A stretch of DNA of 63,810 nt, counting the filler, from Reticulomyxa filosa (lineage: Eukaryota; Protista; Foraminifera): assembly GCA_000512085.1 (NCBI GenBank). It is 19 parts of 19 records of this genome, joined end to end, with 100 filler letters (N's around TTAATTAATTAA, not from the genome) between each part and the next. Parts side by side here need not be neighbours in the genome. Positions count along the whole stretch, not along the records: positions 54,158 to 55,165 come from ASPP01029455.1; positions 55,266 to 56,265 come from ASPP01023733.1; positions 56,366 to 57,619 come from ASPP01033661.1; positions 57,720 to 63,810 come from ASPP01024046.1; 15 more parts are not named here. The stretch is one strand, 5' to 3'. Every line of letters begins with the position of its first letter. Position 1 is the first letter of the stretch. The translations under genes and the position numbers were made by a program. This document shows positions 54,058-63,810 of this stretch, piece by piece. Below the pieces are notes generated by a model. It was not told where the DNA came from. It saw nothing but the letters and a program-made list of their open reading frames with translations, and ran no database searches.

Positions 54058-54605
54058 NNNNNNNNNNNNNNNNNNNNNNNNNNNNNNNNNNNNNNNNNNN
54101 NTTAATTAATTAANNNNNNNNNNNNNNNNNNNNNNNNNNNNNNNNNNNNNNNNNNNNTGTACAGTTTTTTTTTAATCGTTTTTGATAATCAAAGTACTTG
54201 GTCGGATAAAAAACTTAAAAAAAACAGACCTACTTTTGCAAAATTGTTTTCTGTCATCAACAAAAAACATTTTTTTTATAATGCAAACACATAAAATGTT
54301 GGACCGTTTTTATTGCACACTAGTCCAAAATGTACAGCTTTTTTTTTTGAAGCCCGAAAAGTGCTTTTGTTAAAAAAGTATTCGTTGTGATATAACACTT
54401 TTTTAGGACTTGATTAAATTGAAAAGATGCTGTAGGTGTAATCTAGCCATAAGCAATTTTGAGAAAATTTGCCAAAAAAATCTTTTTTTTTTTTATGCAA
54501 GGACCAGACTTGACAAATCATCATTAAAAAAATTTAATTTTTTGACTTATGCATCATCTTAAAAAAAACAGGATCGAAACATTTGTTTGATGACGTAGAA
54601 GAAAC

Positions 54606-54890
54606 TTTTGTGCACTAATCAAACTTTTGTGCATTAGTCATTTTTGTGAATAAGCAAAATTTTGTAACATTATTAAATTTTTGTTCATAAGTCAAATTTG
54701 TGAATTAGTCAATTTTGACATCAGACAAATTTTTGTCATTAGTAAAATTTCGTGCGTTAGACATTTCATGCATCAGCCAATTTCTGTGCACTAGTCAAAC
54801 TTTTATGCATTAGATATTTAATGCGTCAGCCAAATTTGTGCATTAGTCAAATTTTTTATCATTGGTCAATTCTGTGCATCAGCCACATTT
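54606..54890. repeat. Degenerate minisatellite, about 16 copies of a 17-19 bp unit (consensus near TTTTGTGCATTAGTCAAA)
   Basis: tttgtgcactaatcaaac, ttttgtgcattagtcat, tttgtgaattagtcaat, ttctgtgcactagtcaaac, tttgtgcattagtcaaat and others, head to tail. Confidence 0.8.
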
Positions 54891-55265
54891 ATCATACAGA
54901 AATATTTCAAAAAAAAGTTATTTTTGCTTTGAAAATTCGTATATTTTTATCGAGAAAGTATTTTTTTTGATAACATCTTTGGTATTAATTCGTGTCACGC
55001 TTTCAAAAAAGCCACAGCAAGCTCACAAGGCCGCCAAATAAAAAAAAAATTTTCAAAAACGTTATCTCCTGCGGCGCTTCCCCCTACGCAAGAAAGATAA
55101 AAATAATAACGGCGAAAAAGAGCCGACAAACACGCATACTCAAAATAATATTTAAAAAAAAAAAANNNNNNNNNNNNNNNNNNNNNNNNNNNNNNNNNNN
55201 NNNNNNNNNTTAATTAATTAANNNNNNNNNNNNNNNNNNNNNNNNNNNNNNNNNNNNNNNNNNNN

Positions 55266-56265
55266 AGTAAAAATGGTTCTTCCATCATTTTATGTAAATT
55301 TGGAAAATTGTTTAATGTTTCTTCATATTGTTGTATTGTCCAATCCAAATTATCATTCATTTTATTTTTTTTATTCATTTTCACAAACTTGTCGATATAT
55401 CCGTTCATTTGTTCCTTTGAAAAAGGCCACAAATATATCATTGATGTTGTTGTGTTTTTTGAACCAATTAAAACATGTTGGATATCTTCATCACTTAGCA
55501 CATGACTTCGACATGTTACTATAATTTTTGCATTCCATTCATTTAAATTGAATCGATCATAAAAATATCTTTCATTATTATTATTTTTATCAAATTTGTC
55601 AAATATTTCATCAAATCCATCTAAAATAAATACAAATGAAATGTTTTCACGAACGATATCTATGATCTCTTTATTGATTTTTTTTATTTGTATAGATTGA
55701 GAAATGATTTCTTTTTCGTTTAGCTCGTTATAACATTTTGATAATGAGATATAAACAGGAATGAATGTTGTGGACCCATTTACATATGATTCCCACAATG
55801 TTTCTTCTAAATGACGACAAAATAAACTTTTACCTGATCCTGACTTTCCTTGTAATACTGTCACTTGTTGTTGGTTTTCATTTTTATTCTCTTCTTTTTC
55901 TTCAGACAACAAATCAATTATATGTTGACGACAATCATATGCATCATTTTTTTTATTATCATTACTGGTATATGAATAATTATTTGCTTGCAATGAAATA
56001 TATGTTTCAAGTGCTTGTGACATAGTTATATCTTCTTCTAATTCTTGCTTCCTTGATTCTTTTAATAATGATATAACATCAAAACAACTTGCGGGATTCA
56101 TTTCACCCATAATGTATTTCTTAAAATATTCAAATAAAATAACATAAATAGCTTGTCCTTTCATTTTCGTTGGATTGAATTTACAAAGTTGATCATAAAC
56201 AAATTTGGTTAATTTTAATGTGATATCATTTTTGGCATTGATTTCTTCTTCATTTATTCTTTTTA
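55266..56265 (-). CDS. NACHT-type P-loop NTPase (NLR/STAND-like), internal fragment
   Basis: Walker A VLQGKSGSGKS, Walker B FVFILDGFDE, IIVTCR, LWPFSKEQM, EEPF. Confidence 0.85.
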
Positions 56266-56365
56266 NNNNNNNNNNNNNNNNNNNNNNNNNNNNNNNNNNN
56301 NNNNNNNNNTTAATTAATTAANNNNNNNNNNNNNNNNNNNNNNNNNNNNNNNNNNNNNNNNNNNN

Positions 56366-56492
56366 AGAAGATGGTGGAATAACTTGTCTTAAATTTATTG
56401 TATTGAAAAAGAAAGAGAATACAAAGAATATTTCATATGATTTGAATTTGTGTTATGGTTCAAGCAAATGTTCCATTCGTATTTGGGGATAA
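56366..56492 (+). CDS. 3' end of a third WD40-family paralog
   Basis: EDGGITCLKFIVLKKKENTKNISYDLNLCYGSSKCSIRIWG* parallels the end of the 2274-3582 protein (SLKF...LCYG). Confidence 0.7.
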
Positions 56493-57719
56493 TTTACGTT
56501 TTTGTCGAATAAGAAATGAAAGTGTTTTTGTTTGAAAAGTTTGATAAAAGAAAAGTAATTTGATATCAAACTTATCTGATTTGGTTGAACGCAAGCATTG
56601 AAATGATTTGTTTTATTTTACTTTGTTGTTTAAAAATTGAAAAGTTGCATTAAATATTTTTAAAGAATTCAAAAGCATAATTGATGAAAATTGTGTCCAA
56701 ATATCAAAAATAAATTGCAAAATATTGTGTTTCTTAATTGCAAATTACTGATATTTTTTTAAGATTTTTTTTTGTATGGCAAAACAAGATAAAGTAGAAA
56801 AGAAAATTGCTTGTAAGGAAAACAAGTTTTGATTGATTGCAAAAAGAAAAGTGTTTTGATTTTTGGAAATTAACTGATTGCGTTTTTTTAAATTTGAATG
56901 TCCACCTCTGAACGATAAACTCGAAGAACTTGGCACATCATTAAAAAAATTCGTAATTTATGTCTAAAAAAACAAATGAAAATGCACAAAGTTTTTTTTT
57001 TGAATTGTAAGGAGATAATTACAATATAATATTGGAATCAATTTTTATTTTAACAAAAAGCGTATTTAGATACAAACACCCGGTTTTACTCAAAGATGTT
57101 TGGCTGTCGATTCGTGTCCACACGAGAAAGTGGATGCCCTCTCTCAAATACTTCAACATTTACAGTTTACATATACCACAATTACAAATCCTCTTTCAAT
57201 GATCCCATTTTAGAGTCTTCCCTTTTGTAACTTGTTTTAGTATATTGTTTTTTTTTTGACAATTATGTAAATCTTTGTATTTCGAAAAAAGAGTAAGCGT
57301 ATGTAATGAAGAATTTGTATTCTTCGATAACAAAAAAAAAGTTAAATTTAACAAGTTTTATAAGCCTTTTTTCTTCATCAATTTAAAATCAATAAACGCA
57401 CACAGAAAAAGGCAAACATTCAATGTACTTGTTTTAATGAATATAAGATTGCTTATTGTTTGCATTTATCTTAGTTTGATTTATTTGTGTTGAGTGGTTG
57501 TACTATTTTTCAATTGCTTCTTCGATTATTGTATTAGTAAGTTCTTCCTTTTGGTGGATACATTGTATCCACCACTTGAGCAAAGCGCCAAAATACTTGT
57601 ACACTTTTGAAAAACAAGANNNNNNNNNNNNNNNNNNNNNNNNNNNNNNNNNNNNNNNNNNNNTTAATTAATTAANNNNNNNNNNNNNNNNNNNNNNNNN
57701 NNNNNNNNNNNNNNNNNNN

Positions 57720-57758
<39 letters not shown>

Positions 57759-58343
57759 TATATGCCCCCAAATTTTCTTGAACCACTTGTGAACTTTTTT
57801 TGGTTACTGTTTGCCTAATTTATTTGAAGTTTTGGGTGGGTTTTGTTTGCAACAATAAAATAACGTAATCATAACATTAAAAAAAAATACAATTTTACAC
57901 ATGCGTCAAATCGACCTCCTTTTCGATTTTACCCCAAATCTATGCTTCCCTTGTAATTTTTTTTTTGTTCCTCCCCCCACTATGAAAACGCCTTTTGATC
58001 CCTTTCCTCATATTCTCCTTATACTTGTCATTTTCTTGTTCCAACTGCTCATAACATTTTGGTTAATTTTTACAACGATGAGGAAATAAGGGAATGTAAC
58101 CGAGTTGTTGTAGTACCTCATATAGAAATAACATACTTTACATTTTTCTCAATACCTTGTAGAGCGTGTCGGTATTGATATATGTTTCAATTTACCCAAA
58201 AATAAATGTATCAAACAAAGATTTGCAAAGTTACTTTAATTTTATAAAGCTAAGACAATACTTGTTGCGTCGTAGAGAGGTTACCAGCTAGATTTTTTTT
58301 GTGTGTGGTTCTTTGCTCCCTTTATTATATCCCGGAAAAAACA

Positions 58344-59435
58344 ATGGAAACACTAAAGTCTTGGTATGGTATAGCAGTGACTTATGTCAATTCAAGCAGG
58401 AAAAATCAAATACTGTTTGGAGTAGTGATTCTGCCTGCAACTTTGTTAATTTTGACGAGAGCGTTGTTGCGAAGTCGCGCGCCAGCATACAACAAACTTC
58501 GAGGGGGTTTGCATGAGGAGATAACACTGCCACGGAAGCTGAAGAGCATGGACATCGAATTGTACCACAATTGCATAAGCACGTGCAGCGTGAAAGTGCG
58601 TCTGTGTTTAGCAGAGAAGCGGATCCCATACGTATCGAATCACATTCACTTGATAGAAACGGGATGGTACGAGTCGTGTTCGCCCGAGTTTAGTCTGATA
58701 AATCCAGGGAAAGTGGTTCCAGTGTTAGTGTTCAAAGGCCATCCCGTGTACGAATCGGACGACATAATCGAATTTATCGAGACGAAGTTGGACTCGTACG
58801 CGCAAAAGAAGATTGCGTTATTGTCACCCGGCGACAAAGACAAGGAAGCAAGAGCAGTGGAGATAATGAATCGATGGTTGCAACAGGGATCAACCAAGCA
58901 TGAAGAGCACAGACCGACCCCGGCCGAGGAAATTGCAGTGTTATCGGTCCCGATCTTTACGGCGATGATGCAATATATCCCCTTACGACATGTCTTCTAT
59001 GGCTTCATCTACCATTTCGAAATGAAGCGTCCGTTCTACTTCATGATGATGAAACTTCTCGGAACACGGTTTTTTACAAACCCCGGATTTTTGAAAAAGT
59101 TTTATCATGCCAGAGAACGCATGTCGTTGGCGCTGAAAGAGCTCAACGACAATCTGAAGGAAACCGGAGGTGATTACATTTGCGGCAAGTCCTTTACTTT
59201 GGCTGATGTCACTTGGATGCCTTTGCTCTGGAGGCTGGAGGAAACGGGACAAGAAAAACTGTACCAACAGTACGAATATGTCGATAAATATTGGAAGGCG
59301 TGCAAACAACGCGATAGCTTTGATGTGGCTATCACACAAGTTAATCAAAGCTTTCCCATTGTCGCTCAAGCTAGTGCCTTGTTGAAACAATGGAGAGCTC
59401 AGTATCCTCATATTGATGACATGTTGAATCCTTAG
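58344..59435 (+). CDS. Glutathione S-transferase (GDAP1/TCHQD-like N-domain) with N-terminal membrane anchor, intronless
   Basis: ELYHNCISTCSVKVRLCLAEK, INPGKVVPVLV...PVYESDDIIEFI, YICGKSFTLADVTW; TM-like ILFGVVILPATLLIL near the start. Confidence 0.88.
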   Translation: METLKSWYGIAVTYVNSSRKNQILFGVVILPATLLILTRALLRSRAPAYNKLRGGLHEEITLPRKLKSMDIELYHNCISTCSVKVRLCLAEKRIPYVSNHIHLIETGWYESCSPEFSLINPGKVVPVLVFKGHPVYESDDIIEFIETKLDSYAQKKIALLSPGDKDKEARAVEIMNRWLQQGSTKHEEHRPTPAEEIAVLSVPIFTAMMQYIPLRHVFYGFIYHFEMKRPFYFMMMKLLGTRFFTNPGFLKKFYHARERMSLALKELNDNLKETGGDYICGKSFTLADVTWMPLLWRLEETGQEKLYQQYEYVDKYWKACKQRDSFDVAITQVNQSFPIVAQASALLKQWRAQYPHIDDMLNP

Positions 59436-59806
59436 AACTCTTTTTTTTTCCCCCCCCTTCTTTTAACTGTCTTTGTTTTTTTTTTTAAAAAAACAACAGT
59501 GTGAATGCTAATGTTTCTTTTACAAAGTTTATAGTAAATCACTTTTCACACTAGCCAAATATAACTCTTGGAAATTACTTCAGCTTCATATTCATTCCAT
59601 CGGTTTTTTTTTTTGCTGGTCAATTTTTCCGTAGATTGAACTCAACCCAAAAACTAATTTTAAAAACTATTTGCTTTCTAAGAATTTACTTCTATTTAAC
59701 CTAGTTAATTATTTTCCCTTGAAGGAGGGGAGAGCAGTTTACAAAGTTCTTAAATGCCAACAAATTGTTAGTTGACACACATTTTTGATCGTTTTTCTGA
59801 TATCCT

Positions 59807-60365
59807 TTAATTGCTCTCAGGTAGCTCATACATCATATTGGCACCATTTTTGTTTGGTTCCGAACGGTCAACGTTCACAATAACACCTCCAGGTAGTTTT
59901 GAAAATAAGTCACCAAATATTGTCACCAGCAAAAGCGAAGCCATGTTGAGGACAGAACCAGCTAACCGACGGGCTACTATCTATAGTAAATACAAATTAT
60001 TATAATATATGGCTCATTCGGGCTCTTCTCCTTCCATTTTGTTTTATTGAATTATTTAGCATAGTTATAAAATGAATAACTGTGGTGGGCATTATCAATT
60101 GCATGACAAAAAATTGCAGGGCTCCCATCACCAAACCCCACGTAATTGCCAAAAATATGCCTAGAAGCACAGACAGCGACGCAAATATTCCCTTCTTGGA
60201 GGCATTGTAAACGCTTCTCTTGACTGAATACAACAATGACAAATCATCCGCTCGGGGTAACGTTTCTTCAAAAGAGAAATTATCAGAAAACTTCTGTTCA
60301 GCATGTTTGATAGAAAAGGTACTGTAATTCCCATCTTTTGCTTTCAAAAGAGTGCTTTGTTCCAT
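59807..60365 (-). CDS. Caveolin-like protein, 152 aa, 2 exons (60365-60081, 59980-59807)
   Basis: FSFEETLP...YSVKRSVYNASKKGIFASLSVLLGIFLAITWGLVMGALQFFVMQLIMPTT|IVARRLAGSVLNMASLLLVTIFGDLFSKLPGGVIVNV aligns by eye, ungapped over the core, with human CAV1 as recalled. 100-nt GT-AG intron. Confidence 0.7.
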
Positions 60366-61020
60366 TTTCAATGTGATTTAAGTCTTGTATGCAGCTAACT
60401 CTTCGATCCCCTTTTAAAGGACTGTCGCAAACTCGTTTTTAAAGATAGTTGTCAAATCGATTTCAGTAGGCTTCAAAGTTTTATTGTGAAACAGACTTAT
60501 CGATTTTGAGCGTATATACATTTTGTTCCTCTTTCGAGTAAGACCTATATAAGGCTGGAGATGGTAATTCTAAATCGTTTTATGTTCGCAATTACACCCC
60601 AAAATTTCGTACATGTTAATAATTGCTTATCAATAAAATCAAAAGCAATCTGATAATAAACTGGTTTTAGATTCCAAAATAACAATAAAAGTTAAAAATC
60701 GCAGAATTAGGCTCGATTGTCACACACTTTTAAGAGTGTTTAAGAAAGCTTATAGGCCAATAACTATAACAACACCGGTGTTACACATAGAGACAATATT
60801 TTAAAAAATTTTGTTAAAAATTATAAATCAGTTCTTTTCTAAAATGCACACTAACAGTGACAAGGGCGGAGCACCAAATAAAATGGCTCCAGAAAAATAT
60901 TATTTATACATTTTGTCATTTATTTTTTTTTTTAGTATAGTTCAATATTTGAGATTTTAATCATTTTTATTTGATTGAAAAAGTGAAAGTAAAGTTAATT
61001 AAAAAGATAGTGGTGTAATA

Positions 61021-61380
61021 CATGGAAGATACAACGAGCACTACTTACCGAAAATGCAATCGTAAAAAGATAAAAATTTAGTGGTGGAAGTATGATCGAA
61101 TGGTCTTGCTTTGTAGTGTTAGAACATTGTCATTCATGTAAAAGTGATGGATGTGTCAATGCAGACATATACAAAGAAATTATATGGTATTAAATGCTTA
61201 AAAGCATTGATTAGTGTTGATAATGAAAATTGTATATTTCACAAAGCAATTACAATAAAGGAATAGCTTGAACAAAACGATATCAAAGTGTTGAATTTAC
61301 CTTCAAATTCTACAGACCTGAACATAATAAAAAATATGTAGTTGACATTGAAAACAAAATATACAAAAATGGAAAGGTCT
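61021..61380 (+). mobile_element. Decayed Tc1-type transposase DDE-domain remnant
   Basis: KFSGGSMIEWSCF, DGCVNADIYKEII, KE*LEQNDIKVLNLPSNSTDLNIIKNM* correspond to KHGGGSVMVWGCF, DGxMNSxxY and WPSQSPDLNPIENLW; stops and frameshifts. Confidence 0.8.
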
Positions 61381-62911
61381 AGATGCTGTTTTTTCATGAA
61401 GAAAATCAATTATATATATATATAAGGTGCCGTTTTATGTGTTAATTCACTTTGCACTTATTATTCGTCAACTGTACGGTCACAAAATTATTATTAAACC
61501 AATATGGCCAGGCCATTGGCCGTTTCTGCTACGTTCTGTAATATTATATATGTATGTGTATATACGTATAGCCTAAAAAAAGTCTTCAATCAAATTTTTA
61601 GATAAATTTAGTCTAAAGCATTAAAACAGATTTTGATACATGTTTGGTGGTCGAACTGATCTCATATTTAGACTCTCACAAAAGCGCAAAGTTATGATTA
61701 TAACTCCTTGGCAGGCGATAAAGAAAACATTGTTCGTTCTAATTGCTGTATTGCAGTTATGGAATAACTTGTAACTATTATCTGAACGGATATTATACTC
61801 AGACAGCCGATTTTTCATTGTCGTTTTCTTCATTGTTTGTGAATGACTATCGATCATTGTATTACTTATATCAGTTGATTTGCCGTTGACATATTGAAAC
61901 TCCATTTGGTATGATGAAGGTACGTCCAAACTTATTCTTCATTTTAGCTATAACGTTGCTCAAATATATCAATTTTTGCTGTGTTTTTTTGTTGGCATCA
62001 TCACTATTATCATTTGGCTATGTTCGTATCATTAAGTCCATTCAAAATGTTGGGGTGGGCGACAATGCTTTGCCGACTGCTATCGAAAATACCAGTTTCG
62101 AACCAATGTTTGGATGTGCATGGTCAAAAAGAGGCAGACTCATGCTATGCGTTATCAGGTTTTGCTGAGTGTATGCAAGGAAAAAGGAACAGTGGATATA
62201 CTAATTTGCTATTAAATGATCTGGAACACGTCCATGAGCTATATCCTTTGCGCGATGATGCCACGATTGCGAGGTATGGTTTTTTTGACCCAACCACCGT
62301 GCAAGAAGCAAATTCTCGTCGGCCATTGCTGTCCATATACAATTAAACTACTTTTCCACTTGCAGCATCTTTTTTTTTAAAAAAAAACGGAGCTAGTTGA
62401 CAACTATGGGCAAATAAGATTTTTTTGGAAAGAGCTGTGTATTTACGATTATTGATTAATTGTTCCAGACCAACAATTGTGCTCTTTGTTACACATGAAC
62501 AACGAATTTTCAGGGGATCATTATTTTTGTCCAAAAAAAAAGATAAGAGTGAGTCGTTGCAAATGTCTGTTTATAAGCTTCAATGTAATGAATTTAAAAA
62601 ATAAGGGTGTCTTTTTTTTCAAAATAACAAATCAAAAAGGAATACATATGTATACTTCATTACAACAAGTAGGTTTTGACAGTACCAAAACCAAGTTTGA
62701 ACTATTACAATAAAAAAAAAAGAGCACGATTAAGCGAGTGTAAAAACAATGATTCGATCAACTTAAAGACAATAGCAGCAAAAATAATTGAGAACTGTTG
62801 CCGCAGCTTTGCTTCTGACCCTTGGCAAGTCTTTTCTACATTTTGCTTGTGAATTTTGAGCATTTAAAAAAGCAGCTATATTTCCGCAGGTTATATTTGC
62901 GTTATTTTATC

Positions 62912-63810
62912 ATGTCCCACTTCGAAGGTAAAGGTGGCATTGTAAGATAACAGTCTGTTTGGAGCAATACTAAATAACCTCTTTTGGTATATGAACCAAA
63001 AAAAAAAAAAAAAAAAAAGGTAAAACTGGAAGCAAAAGACCAAAGAATTTGAGTTCCAGAAACTCAACAAGCAAGTGTGGGAGTGGACACATCGAAGAGG
63101 CGTCCAGCTTGTCTGGCAGCCTCTCGAAAGTCACTCTCCCCAATGAACGAGACATAAATGAACATTATGACAAATTTCGCGAGTCCCACGGTGATTTTTC
63201 GACTCAGGTTTTTGTGTACGTATCCACCGACTAGAATGAGCAAACTTGAATTTTGTGTGTCCCCCCCCCCCATCCCTCTCCTTGTTCACTTCAAGAAATT
63301 GCTGGGCAGTGAGAGTAAGTACAATGATACCGAAGGAAACAACGATAGAAACAATAAAGTTTTGTCCCCTCCTTTCCCCTCCTCCGTCTGTATAATTGAA
63401 TAACACCAAAAGAAAAAAAGTTATTGTTGGACAACTCTTTTTTTTTATCCCCTTTTTTTTTTTTTTTTTTTTTTGTAGTCCCCTTTAAAAAGTTTGGTGT
63501 GCTACCCCGTGTTGAAATGCAAAAAAAGCGCAAACGCTCCAATGGCTCAGACAGTGGCCGGACTCCAAAAGCGAAGAAGAGAAGAGGCAACAATGACAAA
63601 GACAATTCCTCAGAGGTATGTAATTAATACACGATACTTGCTAATGCCTTTTTTTTTTTTTTTTTAAGTGTCACATGTCACATCACCCATCACCATAATA
63701 GAACCACTCTGAAGCAGACATGAAGAAACAGCTTTGGGAGGGATTTACCACATTTGTAACAGTTGCGTCACTCGTTTGCAATGCTCGAAACTTTGCTTTT
63801 TTTTTTTTTT
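62912..63810 (+). CDS. Hypothetical multi-exon gene (5' part) with a basic NLS-like segment
   Basis: ATG at 62912 followed by a GT donor; GC-richer exon-like blocks at 63019-63207 and 63491-63615 (KKRKR...KAKKRR). Confidence 0.45.

Noticed and set aside
54606-54890. CRISPR array
   Set aside because: Units are short, degenerate and contiguous with no unique spacers; no cas genes; eukaryotic context.
7670-57719. Recurrent TTAATTAATTAA as a biological repeat or CRISPR-like array
   Set aside because: Always centred in fixed-length N runs; an artificial six-frame-stop linker.

Overview
Eukaryotic, AT-rich, intron-containing genomic DNA. The window is not one locus: it is about 19 unrelated contigs joined by artificial 100-nt N spacers carrying TTAATTAATTAA, so synteny holds only within a contig. 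Expanded WD40, NACHT, Gly-rich and PPR/Smr-like families, AAT/GAT/TA microsatellites, short introns and decayed gene copies suggest a foraminiferan (Rhizaria) such as Reticulomyxa filosa; this is an inference. Recognisable genes: BLTP3/UHRF1BP1-like, NUDCD1, ecdysoneless, RING/TRAF zinc-finger, EF-hand, FN3, ATG8, two CAP-Gly proteins, PLMT, a TMEM104-like transporter, bacterial-type PARG, PP2A B56, Gap1-like RasGAP, LSG1 and a GST. One GC-rich contig is bacterial (B12-dependent radical SAM). The top observation is a spliced 152-aa gene (59807-60365, minus) that aligns by eye without gaps to the caveolin core, a family thought to be essentially confined to animals and their closest unicellular relatives. 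Also notable are an AHCY pseudogene with an internal inversion plus deletion, a 960-bp internally deleted Tc1/mariner element with long TIRs, and A-rich splice acceptors. All protein family calls are by-eye motif recognition; no searches were run.
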